This document shows, piece by piece, positions 28,762-39,531 of a stretch of DNA of 64,000 nucleotides. The notes under the pieces are model-generated. The model saw only the letters and a program-made list of their open reading frames with translations. It ran no database searches and had not been told where the DNA came from. A program made the translations under genes and the position numbers. Source of the DNA: Candidatus Zymogenus saltonus (GTDB taxonomy: Bacteria; Desulfobacterota; Zymogenia; Zymogenales; Zymogenaceae); contig JAFGIX010000086.1 in assembly GCA_016929395.1 (NCBI GenBank), positions 40,819-104,818 on the forward strand, given 5' to 3'. How positions within the stretch are numbered: the stretch's first letter is position 1; each line of letters opens with the position of its first letter.

Positions 28762-29355
28762 TTGTTCATCACAACAAGGAAAATAGTCCTCGCGTCCAAC
28801 TCACCCAGGAGGAGAGAGCTTTTGTCTTCCGTCGGGATTATCTTTGACGTCATAACTGCTGACGTGGACGAGTCTTTGATAGGCGGCGAGACCCCGTCGG
28901 AACACGCCGAGAGGCTGTCTCTCGAAAAGGCCGTTAAGGTGGCTGAGATTTACCCCGACGCCTTCGTGATAGGGGCCGACAGCGTGGTCGTCCTCGAAGG
29001 CCGGATAATGGGAAAGCCGAGGGACGCCCGGGACGCCAAGGAGATGCTCCAAAGCCTCTCGGGAAAGAAACACAGCGTCATAACCGGATACTCCGTCACG
29101 GCAAAGGACGAGGGCATCGAGGTATCTTGCCACGCCGAGACCTTCGTCACGATGAAGGAGCTCGGAATCGATGAGATCGCCGCCTACGTGGCCACGTCGG
29201 AGCCTATGGACAAGGCGGGGGCCTACGCGGTTCAGGGGTACGCATCAATCATGGTGAGAGAGATCAACGGCTCGTATTCAAACGTGGTGGGGCTTCCGGT
29301 ATCGGAGGTGGTGGAACTGCTGATTAAGCTCGGCGCTTTGAAGTACGCCGGGTAG
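28762..29355 (+). CDS. maf: Maf-like nucleoside triphosphate pyrophosphatase
   Basis: 197 aa with a TTG start. LASNSPRRRELL, GADSVV, KAGAYAVQG. Confidence 0.9.
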   Translation: MFITTRKIVLASNSPRRRELLSSVGIIFDVITADVDESLIGGETPSEHAERLSLEKAVKVAEIYPDAFVIGADSVVVLEGRIMGKPRDARDAKEMLQSLSGKKHSVITGYSVTAKDEGIEVSCHAETFVTMKELGIDEIAAYVATSEPMDKAGAYAVQGYASIMVREINGSYSNVVGLPVSEVVELLIKLGALKYAG

Positions 29356-29400
29356 AAACGGCCTCTGATTGTAACATATTAAATTAAGCGTGAAGGGAGG

Positions 29401-30120
29401 ATGCGTCTCGTGGTTGAAACAGAAGAGATCAAGAAGAACCTCGAGCGGGTGCTGGGCCAGATCAGAGATGCGTGCGGAAGGGTTGGAAGGGACCCGGCCG
29501 GGGTCACCCTGATCACGGTCACCAAGACCTTTGACCTGGGGGTGGTCGAGCGGGCGATCGAGGCCGGGGCGGCCGACCTGGGAGAAAACTACGTGCAGGA
29601 GGCGAAGGAGAAGATAGAGGGGATGCCGGGCTCCGGGGCGGGCGGCGTCCGGTGGCATTTCATCGGGCACCTCCAGAGGAACAAGTCGAGGTACGCCGTG
29701 AAGCTCTTCGACCTGATCCACTCCGTGGACGGCCTTCCCCTGGCGGTCGAGCTCGACAGGAGGGCGAAGGGCGTGGGGAAGGTTCAGGAGATCCTCGTTC
29801 AGGTGAACATCTCCCACGAGGAGCGTAAGTCCGGGATAGAGGTCTCCGGCGTCGTAGACCTGGTGAGGGGGATATCGACCCTCGAAAACCTCAAGGTTCG
29901 GGGGCTGATGGGGATGCCTCCCTTCGGCCTCGACACCGAGGAGGTAAGGCCCTTCTTCACAGCCTTAAGGGAGCTGCTAGAGAAAATCAAGGCGGAGAAT
30001 ATCCCAGGGGTCTCGATGGACGAGCTCTCGATGGGGATGTCGGCGGACTACCCAGTGGCGATCGAGGAGGGGGCGACGATGGTCAGGGTCGGGACGGCGA
30101 TCTTCGGACAGAGACGGTAG
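29401..30120 (+). CDS. yggS: YggS-family pyridoxal-phosphate homeostasis protein
   Basis: 239 aa. VTKT (PLP Lys), HFIGHLQRNK, ELSMGMS. Confidence 0.9.
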   Translation: MRLVVETEEIKKNLERVLGQIRDACGRVGRDPAGVTLITVTKTFDLGVVERAIEAGAADLGENYVQEAKEKIEGMPGSGAGGVRWHFIGHLQRNKSRYAVKLFDLIHSVDGLPLAVELDRRAKGVGKVQEILVQVNISHEERKSGIEVSGVVDLVRGISTLENLKVRGLMGMPPFGLDTEEVRPFFTALRELLEKIKAENIPGVSMDELSMGMSADYPVAIEEGATMVRVGTAIFGQRR

Positions 30121-30230
30121 AGGGGCATTGACGGGGAGCAACCCTGAATCGACGCATATGGTAGGGTTTCGAGAGGCGACTAAAATCGTATATCCAGTTC
30201 AATTAGTTTAATTAATATTAGGAGGCAATC

Positions 30231-30542
30231 GTGGCAAAAAAGAGGAATACATCGAAGGGGGGAAGGAAGAGCAAGGGGCCCGTCCTTCTTCTGGGAGGCT
30301 CCGTGGCGCTTCTTATCGTCTTTGCAATCTTCCTTGCAATATTTGTGGGACTGCTCTTTAACTACCACTTCCTCTTGACCGACGACGGCTTTAAGGTGGT
30401 GGAGAAGATCCACTGGGGCGTGAAGGATACCTTTGCCGACACGCGGGACTGGGGGATCAAAGATTGGATTCAGCACGACGAGGTCGGCAAGGCGCTTTTG
30501 AACAGCGAGGTCGACAGGGCGAAGAAGAAGTGGTTCGAGTAG
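30231..30542 (+). CDS. Small membrane-anchored hypothetical protein
   Basis: 103 aa. GTG start 4 nt after AGGAGG. Basic N-terminus followed by one TM segment. Confidence 0.55.
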   Translation: MAKKRNTSKGGRKSKGPVLLLGGSVALLIVFAIFLAIFVGLLFNYHFLLTDDGFKVVEKIHWGVKDTFADTRDWGIKDWIQHDEVGKALLNSEVDRAKKKWFE

Positions 30543-30765
30543 TCCGTGCGAGGTGAGGCATTGAAATTCGGGGGGAGAGGGAATTTCCCTCTCCCCCTTA
30601 CGGTATAAATCCCCTCCCCTCCTTATACTGTCAGCCTCCTTGCCCTTTGTGATCGGCCCCCTGCTGCCGTTGCCACCCCTGCTGCAATCGGCCCCCAGTT
30701 GCTGTAGCCCCCGCTGCGATTATCCCCGTGGAGATTGTCCTTCTGCCTGCCACCCACTAAATATT

Positions 30766-31584
30766 TCAACCCTTTTTCCCCAGCTCCTTCGCCTTCAGGA
30801 AGGCCGCCTCCACCGCCTCGATGAACGCCCCCCGAACGCCGTTGTCCTCCAGGACCGAGAGCGCCTCGATGGTGGTTCCCCCGGGGGAGGTCACCATATC
30901 CTTGAGCTCGCCCGGGTGTCTTCCGGTCTCAATCACCATCTTCGCCGCCCCCATGACCGTCTGGGCGGCGAGCTTTAGGGCGATATGCCTCGAAAGCCCC
31001 GCCTTGACCCCGCCGTCCGCCATCGCCTCTATCACCATGAAGACGTAGGCCGGCCCGCTTCCGGATAGGGCCGTCACGGCGTCAATCAGCCCCTCGTCCA
31101 CCACGACCGCCTCCCCCACGGCGGAAAAGATCGAAAGGGCGATCTGCATATGCTCATCCGTCGCGGACGATCCGGCAGAGAGCGCCGCCATCCCGGCAAG
31201 GACGAGGGCGGGCGTGTTCGGCATCACCCTGATTACCGGGACGTTTTTCTTGAGCCTCTGCTCGATAAAGGCGATCGTGATCCCGGCCGCGATCGATATT
31301 ACGAGCTTTTTTTGATCGATAACATCATTCACCGACCTCAAGGCCTCGCCGATCTGGGCGGGCTTCGTGGCGATGAATATCACATCGGATCCCCTTGCCA
31401 TATCGACCGGATTTTCCGCCGTCTTAACACTGTAGGTCTCGGAGATATATTTAAGCCGATCCCTCGAGATATCGGTCGCGATTATCCTATCGGCCCCGGC
31501 GCGGCCGGTGCCCAAGATACCCCTGATCAGCGCCTCCGCCATGTTACCGGAACCCAAAAATCCCACGGTCATCTTATCCATCAT
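30766..31584 (-). CDS. proC: Pyrroline-5-carboxylate reductase
   Basis: 272 aa. GFLGSGNMAEA Rossmann motif and SPGGTT motif. Confidence 0.93.
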   Translation of the reverse strand: MMDKMTVGFLGSGNMAEALIRGILGTGRAGADRIIATDISRDRLKYISETYSVKTAENPVDMARGSDVIFIATKPAQIGEALRSVNDVIDQKKLVISIAAGITIAFIEQRLKKNVPVIRVMPNTPALVLAGMAALSAGSSATDEHMQIALSIFSAVGEAVVVDEGLIDAVTALSGSGPAYVFMVIEAMADGGVKAGLSRHIALKLAAQTVMGAAKMVIETGRHPGELKDMVTSPGGTTIEALSVLEDNGVRGAFIEAVEAAFLKAKELGKKG

Positions 31585-31716
31585 TTTTTCGATTTTATCC
31601 TCCCCGTCAGGCCTTTAAGTGTCGATTCGGGACATCGGTAATTCCCCCGATCTCCAATCCCAAATCGGAGCAAAAAACGGCATTCTGAACAAACTCAAAA
31701 GCAACCCTAAATCTAA

Positions 31717-31745
31717 TTGACAATATATAGCAAGAGTGATAATAT
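31717..31745 (+). promoter_or_regulatory. Sigma-70-type promoter upstream of ftsH
   Basis: TTGACA (31717-31722), 17 nt spacer, TAATAT (31740-31745). Confidence 0.5.
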
Positions 31746-31853
31746 TACAAGGTTAATTTTAAAATCAAGAATATAGCTAAACACTCATAATAAAGGGCCT
31801 TTGAAAGATGCCTTAAACGGCCATCTTCATAGGGCCGTTTTCGGAAGAGAACA

Positions 31854-33728
31854 ATGGGCAGTGACGATAAAAAAGGGAATCTCATGAATCAATCGACCAA
31901 GAACATGTTCCTCTGGCTTATAATCATCCTCGTTATAATCCTTGCGGCGACCCTCCTGCAGAGAGAGGAGGTCAAGGTGGAGGAGCTTACCTATAGCGAT
32001 TTTTTGAAAAAGGTCGAGCAGCCGGGAAAGGACAAGATCGCCAAGGTGACTATCCAGGGGAGGGAGGTCTCCGGCGAGGATTTAAAGGGAAACAAGTATA
32101 AAACCCATATGCCGGAACACCCCACCCTTGTGGACAGACTCTTGAAAAGCGGCATTGAAATAAAATCGGAAAAGGAGAAGGTCCCATGGTACCAGACGGG
32201 GATCGCCCAGATCATGATCCTCGTTCTGATGCTGGTCATCTTCTGGGCTTTCTTCATGAGGCAGATCCAGGCGGGGGGGCCGGGGAAGGCGCTGTCGTTC
32301 GGGAAGAGCAAGGCGAAGCTCCTGGATGAAACGACCAAGAAGGTCACCTTCGCCGATGTCGCTGGCATTGACGAGGCACAGGAGGAGCTGGGGGAGATAG
32401 TCGACTTTCTGAAAAACCCCAAGAAGTTCACCCGTCTGGGGGGGCGCATTCCGAAGGGGGTCCTCCTTCTGGGTGCGCCCGGCACAGGGAAGACCCTTCT
32501 CGCCAGGGCCATAGCTGGAGAGGCGGGCGTGCCCTTCTTCACGATCTCCGGCTCCGACTTTGTGGAGATGTTCGTCGGGGTCGGCGCATCGAGGGTCAGG
32601 GACCTCTTCGAACAGGCGAAGAGGAGATCGCCGTGCATCGTCTTTATAGACGAGATAGACGCCGTAGGCAGGCACCGGGGGGCTGGCCTGGGGGGCGGCC
32701 ACGACGAGCGGGAGCAGACCTTAAACCAGCTCCTTGTCGAGATGGACGGATTCGAGGCGAACGAGGGGGTAATCTTGATCGCGGCCACAAACCGCCCCGA
32801 CGTCCTCGACCCCGCACTCCTGCGCCCCGGCAGGTTTGACAGGCAGATCGTCGTCCCCACTCCCGACTACGTGGGGAGGGAGAAGATCCTGAAGGTCCAC
32901 ACGAAGAAGATACCGATGGCCGACGACGTGAATCTTACGGTCATCTCCAAGGGAACCCCCGGATTCTCCGGGGCGGACCTGGAAAACCTCGTCAACGAGG
33001 CGGCGCTCATCGCCGCAAGGCTCGAAAAGCCGAACGTGCAGATGGTCGACTTCGAGCACGCAAAGGACAAGCTCCTGATGGGCTCCGAGAGAAGATCGAT
33101 GATAATCAGCGACGAGGAGAAGAGGCTCACCGCCTATCACGAGTCGGGCCATGCCCTCGTGGCACAGATACTTCCCGAGGCCGACCCCATTCATAAGGTC
33201 ACGATCATCCCGAGGGGGAGGGCATTGGGAGTCACACAGCAGCTTCCGTTGGACGATCGCCACAGCTACAAGAGGGACTTCCTCTTGAGCAGGATCCAGG
33301 TCCTTCTGGGCGGCAGGATAGCGGAGGAGCTGGTTCTCGACGAAATATCGACCGGCGCCGGCCACGACCTCGAGGTATCGACCGACCTGGCCAGAAAGAT
33401 GGTAACAAACTGGGGCATGAGCGATAAGCTCGGACCCCTGACCTTCGGCAAGCGGGAGGAGATGGTCTTTCTCGGCAAAGAGATGTCCCAGCACAAGGAC
33501 TACAGCGAAAAGACCGCCCAAGAGATCGACGACGAGGTAAAGGCGATAGTAAAGGAGTGCTACAACAAGACCAAGAAGATCATTCTCAAGAACATCGACA
33601 AGCTCCACGCCCTTGCCGAAGAGCTGCTGAAGAAGGAGGTTCTGACGGGGGCGGAGATAGACGATATATTCAAGCGGGGCGAGCTCCTTGGGGCGAAGAC
33701 GGAGACATCGGCGGCCAAGACGAAATAG
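31854..33728 (+). CDS. ftsH: ATP-dependent zinc metalloprotease FtsH
   Basis: 624 aa. [26 protein letters not shown] zinc site. An alternative start at ATG 31884 is possible. Confidence 0.96.
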   Translation: MGSDDKKGNLMNQSTKNMFLWLIIILVIILAATLLQREEVKVEELTYSDFLKKVEQPGKDKIAKVTIQGREVSGEDLKGNKYKTHMPEHPTLVDRLLKSGIEIKSEKEKVPWYQTGIAQIMILVLMLVIFWAFFMRQIQAGGPGKALSFGKSKAKLLDETTKKVTFADVAGIDEAQEELGEIVDFLKNPKKFTRLGGRIPKGVLLLGAPGTGKTLLARAIAGEAGVPFFTISGSDFVEMFVGVGASRVRDLFEQAKRRSPCIVFIDEIDAVGRHRGAGLGGGHDEREQTLNQLLVEMDGFEANEGVILIAATNRPDVLDPALLRPGRFDRQIVVPTPDYVGREKILKVHTKKIPMADDVNLTVISKGTPGFSGADLENLVNEAALIAARLEKPNVQMVDFEHAKDKLLMGSERRSMIISDEEKRLTAYHESGHALVAQILPEADPIHKVTIIPRGRALGVTQQLPLDDRHSYKRDFLLSRIQVLLGGRIAEELVLDEISTGAGHDLEVSTDLARKMVTNWGMSDKLGPLTFGKREEMVFLGKEMSQHKDYSEKTAQEIDDEVKAIVKECYNKTKKIILKNIDKLHALAEELLKKEVLTGAEIDDIFKRGELLGAKTETSAAKTK

Positions 33729-33967
33729 AAGTTGACGGCCTCATCGGACGGCGCAGCGGATTTTCATCCCACCTTTTGCATCAAGATTAATCCAATAATT
33801 GAGCCTCCGTTTTGACCTTCGGGTTGACCCCCTGTTTGACTCCGGCTTGAATATAATAAACGCTTTTTATGATTGGGGGAAAGGCGTTGTAAGGTAGGTG
33901 GTTTTGTTGGCTTTGTGGGCGATCCCGGTCTTATGAACGGGCCTGCTTTAAGGATATTGCTCAAACA

Positions 33968-34936
33968 ATGACGAGGCTCTTGAAATACGGAAGAGGAAAG
34001 ATGGAGGATGAGGTGGGCAGGGAGAATAAAATCCGATCCGAGATAGAGACGGAAGACATGATAAGTAGGTGCGAAGAGGGGAACTTCAGGCTACCCGTCG
34101 GCGGAAGGAATTACGACCTTAAGGGCAGAACCCTAATCATGGGTATCGTAAACGTCACCCCGGACTCCTTTTCCGACGGCGGAAAGCACTACCGAGTTGA
34201 CGACGCGTTAAACGGCGCCCTAAAGATGATTGATGACGGCGCCCACATAATAGACATCGGGGGGGAGTCCACCCGGCCCGGCGCCGAGTCGATAACGATC
34301 GGGGAGGAGCTTGACAGGGTCATACCCGTAATCGAAGGCGTCAGGGAAAGGAGCGATGTCCCCATAAGCATCGACACCTACAAGTCCAAGGTGGCAAAAG
34401 AGGCCGTAGTCGCCGGGGCATCTATGATAAACGACATCAGCGGCATGAGGTTCGACGAGGAGATGGCCCCCCTTGCGGCCGAGCTCGGCATCCCGGTCGT
34501 CCTGATGCATATCAAGGGGACGCCCAAGGATATGCAGAAAAACCCGACTTACGACGACCTGACAGGCGAGATAACCGACTATCTCGGGGGATCTATCGAG
34601 ATAGCCGTGAAGGCCGGTGTAGATTTTGAGAAGATCATAGTAGATCCGGGAATAGGCTTCGGGAAGACCTGGGACGACAACCTCACGATAATAAAGAGGA
34701 TCACCGATTTCTACGTCCTGGGGAGGCCGGTCCTCATCGGGGCCTCCCAGAAGGCTTTCATCGGCGGGGTGACGGGAAGGGAGACGGGAGACAGGCTCTG
34801 GGGGAGCCTGGGGGCGGCGGCGGCGGCGGCAATTTACGGCGCCCACATCGTCAGGGTCCACAACGTCCCGGAGACGAAAGAGGTAATAGAGGTAATCGAC
34901 GCCGTAAAGAGGGAGTCGATAGAGAGAAGGGCGTAG
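33968..34936 (+). CDS. folP: Dihydropteroate synthase
   Basis: MGIVNVTPDSFSDGG and IIDIGGESTRPG. The true start is probably internal (ATG 34001 after GGAAGAGGAAAG, or ATG 34058). Confidence 0.9.
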   Translation: MTRLLKYGRGKMEDEVGRENKIRSEIETEDMISRCEEGNFRLPVGGRNYDLKGRTLIMGIVNVTPDSFSDGGKHYRVDDALNGALKMIDDGAHIIDIGGESTRPGAESITIGEELDRVIPVIEGVRERSDVPISIDTYKSKVAKEAVVAGASMINDISGMRFDEEMAPLAAELGIPVVLMHIKGTPKDMQKNPTYDDLTGEITDYLGGSIEIAVKAGVDFEKIIVDPGIGFGKTWDDNLTIIKRITDFYVLGRPVLIGASQKAFIGGVTGRETGDRLWGSLGAAAAAAIYGAHIVRVHNVPETKEVIEVIDAVKRESIERRA

Positions 34937-35221
34937 GGAAGTTATTTTATCTCGGGCTCTCCTTCCAATTAGGATCTCAAGGGGGCGGAGACGGGCGGCG
35001 GCGATATTAGGGTGGGGAAGGGGAAAAGGGATCGGGAAGATACGATAGGAAAAGGCGATGGCAAAAGAGGTGGTGGAAGGCGGTTTCGATTGGGCCTCGA
35101 CGCAAACGGGATGGGGGAGATTGGGAAAATCTTGGAAGGGAAGCGGACCGCTCTGATTTTATAAATTAGTCTTGGGCGATAGATTCAGGGAAAGATTTTT
35201 TAGGTATTTAGGAAATTATAT

Positions 35222-36583
35222 ATGATCAGCGAGACGAAGAGGCTCTTCGGCACGGACGGTATCAGGGGCGTGGCAAACGAGGAGCCGATGACGACCGAGA
35301 CCGCCATGAAGGTGGGCAGGGCCACGGCCTATATTTTTAAGGACAGCAACAGGAGACACAGGATAGTCATCGGCAAGGACACGAGGCTCTCCGGCTACAT
35401 GCTGGAGACGGCCATGGCCTCCGGCATCTGCTCGATGGGCGTTGACGTCCTCCTTGTGGGGCCCCTCCCGACGCCCGGCATCGCCTTCATAACGTCGAGC
35501 ATGAGGGCGGACGCCGGGGTCGTCATCTCGGCCTCCCACAACCCGTTTCAGGACAACGGCATAAAGATATTCTCCGGCGACGGCTTCAAGCTCCCGGACA
35601 AGAAGGAGCTGGAAATCGAGGAGCTGATTTTCTCCAACAAGATCGACGAGCTCCGCCCCACGGCCCAGGAGGTGGGAAAGGCCTTCAGGGTCGACGACGC
35701 GGTGGGGAGATACGTAGTTTTTCTAAAAGCCACCTTTCCCAAAGACCTCGACCTCACAGGGATGACCATCGCCGTGGACTGCGCCCACGGCGCGGCGTAC
35801 AGGGTGGCGCCCTCCGTATTCGAGGAGCTGGGGGCGAAGGTGATCACCATCGGAGACGAGCCGAACGGCGAGAACATCAACGACAAGTTCGGCTCCCTCT
35901 ATCCAGAGGTGATAAGCAAGGTCGTTAAAGAAAACAGGGCCGACATCGGGATCGCGCTGGACGGCGACGCGGACAGGGTCATCGTCGTGGACGAAAACGG
36001 CGTTGAGGTGAACGGAGACCAGATCATGGCGATCTGCGCCAGGGAGAAGATGGAGAACAAAGAGCTTGTCGGCGGCGTCCTCGTAGCCACCGTTATGAGC
36101 AACATGGGCCTCGAGCTTTTCATGAAGGAGATCGGCGGAAGGCTCGTGAGGACACCCGTGGGGGACAGGTACGTCGTGGAGAAGATGGTCAAGGGGGGGT
36201 ACAGCCTAGGCGGGGAGCGGTCGGGCCATCTAATCTTCATCAACTACAACACCACCGGCGACGGAATCCTCTCTGCCTTAAAGCTCCTTTCGGTCATGGT
36301 CAGAAAACAGAAGAAGCTGTCGGAGCTTTCCGGAATAATGACGGAGTTCCCGCAGGTTCTTAAAAACGTCATGGTAAGGGAGAAGGTTAATCTCGACACC
36401 GTTCCGAAGGTGAAGGAGGAGATCGACAAGGCGACAAAGCGCCTCGGCGACAAGGGGAGGGTCCTCGTCAGATACTCCGGGACGGAGCCGAAGTTGAGGG
36501 TCATGGCGGAGGGGGAGGACGAAAAACTCATCTCAACTCTGGTCGACGATATAATAGAGTGCATCAAAAAGGAGCTTGGATGA
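35222..36583 (+). CDS. glmM: Phosphoglucosamine mutase
   Basis: 453 aa. LFGTDGIRG, active-site SASHNP, DGDADR. Confidence 0.95.
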   Translation: MISETKRLFGTDGIRGVANEEPMTTETAMKVGRATAYIFKDSNRRHRIVIGKDTRLSGYMLETAMASGICSMGVDVLLVGPLPTPGIAFITSSMRADAGVVISASHNPFQDNGIKIFSGDGFKLPDKKELEIEELIFSNKIDELRPTAQEVGKAFRVDDAVGRYVVFLKATFPKDLDLTGMTIAVDCAHGAAYRVAPSVFEELGAKVITIGDEPNGENINDKFGSLYPEVISKVVKENRADIGIALDGDADRVIVVDENGVEVNGDQIMAICAREKMENKELVGGVLVATVMSNMGLELFMKEIGGRLVRTPVGDRYVVEKMVKGGYSLGGERSGHLIFINYNTTGDGILSALKLLSVMVRKQKKLSELSGIMTEFPQVLKNVMVREKVNLDTVPKVKEEIDKATKRLGDKGRVLVRYSGTEPKLRVMAEGEDEKLISTLVDDIIECIKKELG

Positions 36584-36981
36584 TAATCGGCATTGGGACC
36601 GACGCCCTGGAGATAGAGCGGATGGCCCTGGCCCTGAAGAGAAGGGGGGCGGGCTTCGAGAGGCGGGTCTTCACCGAGGGGGAGAACGCCTACTGCAAGA
36701 GGAAGAGGGATCCCTCGGCGTCCTACGCCGCCAGGTTCGCCGCCAAGGAGGCCACGCTGAAGGCGCTGGGAAGGGGGCTATTCCAGGGGGTGGCGTTAAA
36801 AGACATCGAGGTCGTAAGGGGGCCGAGGGGAAAGCCGGACATCCGGCTCCAGGGGGGCGGAAGAGCGCTCTTCGAGGAGATGGGGGGGAAGTCGATCACG
36901 GTAAGCCTTACCCATTCAAGGGACATCGCCTTTGCGGTGGTCATCTTCGAGGGGGGCCGGGACGGAAGCGGCGGCCTATAA
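36580..36981 (+). CDS. acpS: Holo-[acyl-carrier-protein] synthase
   Basis: Start [15 protein letters not shown] at 36580 overlaps the glmM stop (ATGA). [12 protein letters not shown] motif. Confidence 0.88.
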   Translation: MIIGIGTDALEIERMALALKRRGAGFERRVFTEGENAYCKRKRDPSASYAARFAAKEATLKALGRGLFQGVALKDIEVVRGPRGKPDIRLQGGGRALFEEMGGKSITVSLTHSRDIAFAVVIFEGGRDGSGGL

Positions 36982-37168
36982 AATTGGGGGCCGTGGGGAA
37001 TATCGTAAATGGATTTATACGGGGAATACCGGTTAAATCAACAAGGCCTTAAAGGGGAATTGTACTTAATTTTGCAGTAATATATTTGTTTGATAATCCA
37101 TTTGTCGGGCCTTGGGCCTGATCTTTTATATGCGGTTGAGAAATCTTTTCAAGTCTATCGGGTGCGGG

Positions 37169-38821
37169 ATGAAGGTTGCAACGGCCGAAATAATCAGAGA
37201 GCTTGACCGGCGGGCGATGGCGGAGTTCGGCATCTCCGGTGCCGTGCTCATGGAAAACGCCGGCCTCGGGGTCGCTGGACTCTTTTTGGAGAAATTCCCG
37301 GAGGTCAGGGAGACGGGCGCGGTGATCGCCTGCGGAAGGGGAAACAACGGCGGAGACGGCTTCGTGATCGCAAGGCACCTCGCAAACCGCGGCGTTTCCG
37401 TTGACGTCTTCATCGCAGGGGAGGCGGAAAAGGTCAGGGAGGGGGAGTCCAAGACCAACCTCGACATCCTGAAAAAGATGGGGATCGGGGTGGCGGAGGT
37501 TAAGAGGGACGAAGACCTCCTCCCCTTCGCCGAATCGATAAAGGAGCGGGGATTCGTCGTGGACGCTATGTTGGGGACCGGTCTCGACCGGGAGGTGGGG
37601 GGGATCTACGCCCGGATGATCACTGCCGTAAACGACATTGTTGATGCTTCATCCCGTATGCCGAAAGGACACCGCAAAAAAGTCGTCGCGGTCGATATCC
37701 CCTCCGGCATAGACTCGGATACGGGAAGGGTCATGGGCGTGGCTGTTAAGGCCGACTCCACGTTCGCCTTGGCGCTGCCGAAGCTGGGCGAGATAATTTA
37801 CCCCGGGGCTGAATACGCCGGGGAGCTTTACGTCCTCGACATTTCGATCCCCAAGAGGCTGGTCGAGAGGATGGAGATCGATACCAGCCTCGTCACCCCG
37901 GGGGAGTTCTTCTCCCTCACCGCAAAGAGGAATCCCCAGGCCCACAAGGGGGACTTCGGCCACCTCCTCATAGTGGCCGGCTCTCCCGGAAAGACGGGTG
38001 CGGCGGCCCTGGCCGCGGAAGGCGCCCTCCTCTCCGGGGCGGGCCTGGTCACCGTGGGTGTGCCTGCGTCCTTAAACGATGTCATGGAGGTAAAGACGAC
38101 CGCCGCCATGACAGAACCCCTCCCGGACGACGGGGGTTATCTAACGCCCAAAGCCCTGGATCGTGTCCTGGATCTCGCGGGGGATGGAAGCTCCGTCAAC
38201 GCCCTCGCCCTGGGGCCGGGGCTGGGGACAAAGGGCGGGATCGCCGACGTAGTGAGGGGGCTTGTCCTCGAATCGAACCTTCCCCTTGTCATCGACGCCG
38301 ACGGGCTTAACGCCGTAGCGGGCGACTGCTCAGTCCTCAAGAAGAGGAAGGCGGACATAATAATCACACCGCATCCGGGGGAGATGGGAAGACTGATAGG
38401 AAAAAGGAGCGCCGAACTTCAGGTAGACAGGGTGGGAGCGGCTTCGGGCTTTGCCCTGGAGTACGGAATCTGGGTCGTTCTCAAGGGCGCCCGGACGATC
38501 GTCGCGGCCCCGGACGGCGAGCTCTTCATCGCAACATGCGGCAACCCCGGGATGGCCAGGGGGGGCGTGGGAGACATCCTGACCGGGCTTATCGGGGGAT
38601 TCTTGGCGGTCGGGGAAAACCCAAAGAAGGCCGCCCTAGCCGGCGTGTATGTACACGGCATGGCGGGTGATTCGGCCGCGGAGAGGGTCGGAGAGGTATC
38701 CTTAGGCACGGCCGATATATTAGAAGAGATACCGGGGATAACGGCGGCGCTTTACAACGGCGAGGCCCTGGAATCGGACGGCATTGATGGCTTTTCGGCG
38801 CGGGGCATGTACAGGGTTTAG
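37169..38821 (+). CDS. nnr: Bifunctional NAD(P)H-hydrate epimerase/dehydratase
   Basis: YjeF-N domain (GRGNNGGDG) plus a carbohydrate-kinase-like C-domain (HKGDFGHLLIVAGS, GDILTGLIG). Start chosen at MKVATAEI. Confidence 0.88.
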   Translation: MKVATAEIIRELDRRAMAEFGISGAVLMENAGLGVAGLFLEKFPEVRETGAVIACGRGNNGGDGFVIARHLANRGVSVDVFIAGEAEKVREGESKTNLDILKKMGIGVAEVKRDEDLLPFAESIKERGFVVDAMLGTGLDREVGGIYARMITAVNDIVDASSRMPKGHRKKVVAVDIPSGIDSDTGRVMGVAVKADSTFALALPKLGEIIYPGAEYAGELYVLDISIPKRLVERMEIDTSLVTPGEFFSLTAKRNPQAHKGDFGHLLIVAGSPGKTGAAALAAEGALLSGAGLVTVGVPASLNDVMEVKTTAAMTEPLPDDGGYLTPKALDRVLDLAGDGSSVNALALGPGLGTKGGIADVVRGLVLESNLPLVIDADGLNAVAGDCSVLKKRKADIIITPHPGEMGRLIGKRSAELQVDRVGAASGFALEYGIWVVLKGARTIVAAPDGELFIATCGNPGMARGGVGDILTGLIGGFLAVGENPKKAALAGVYVHGMAGDSAAERVGEVSLGTADILEEIPGITAALYNGEALESDGIDGFSARGMYRV

Positions 38822-38877
38822 CCAAACAGGCAGGATTAAATTGAAACCCGGGATTTGAAATTCTTAAAAAAACGGGC

Positions 38878-39504
38878 TTGGGGCGGCGGGGAGATGAGAT
38901 GGACTTCCCCCTATCCGCCTTATGCCGCGGGGGGCGAAGGATGACTTCAAGGGGAGGTTCCGTAACGGGCGCGTCCGAGCGCAAGGGGGACGGGGTGGTG
39001 ATAAGGACCCGCTCCGCCGGTGAGACGGTTCGGTTGGGAGTAGCGCTTGGGGAGGGGATTTTTGCAGCCATGAGAGGGGCCGAGGATAATGATACTAAGG
39101 GCGGTGGGATCTGCCTGGCGCTGACCGGCGAGATGGGGGCGGGAAAGACGAAGCTGACCCAGGGATTGGCGGTGGGCCTGGGGATAGACGAGGGATACAG
39201 GATCGTGAGCCCCAGCTTCACCCTGATCAACGAGTACCCGGGGGAGGTTCCCCTCTACCACATAGACCTCTACAGGCTCAATGTGGCGGACGAGCTGATC
39301 GATCTGGGCTACGAGGAGTATTTCTACGGCGACGGGGTTACGGTCGTGGAGTGGGCGGAGAGGGCAGACGAACTCCTCCCGGACGACCGCCTCGATATAT
39401 CGATTTCCATCTTGGGCGAGAACGACAGGGAATTCAACGTAACGTTTTCAGGCGATACAATAAATTACAAAAAAATCGCGGTTAAACTCATAGATTTTTC
39501 TTAA
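38878..39504 (+). CDS. tsaE: tRNA t6A biosynthesis ATPase TsaE
   Basis: GEMGAGKTKLTQG, SPSFTLINEY, YHIDLYRL. The N-terminal extension suggests the true start is internal (for example ATG 38941). Confidence 0.8.
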   Translation: MGRRGDEMDFPLSALCRGGRRMTSRGGSVTGASERKGDGVVIRTRSAGETVRLGVALGEGIFAAMRGAEDNDTKGGGICLALTGEMGAGKTKLTQGLAVGLGIDEGYRIVSPSFTLINEYPGEVPLYHIDLYRLNVADELIDLGYEEYFYGDGVTVVEWAERADELLPDDRLDISISILGENDREFNVTFSGDTINYKKIAVKLIDFS

Positions 39505-39531
39505 ATCTCAACAGGGGGGTTAAAACCAAAA

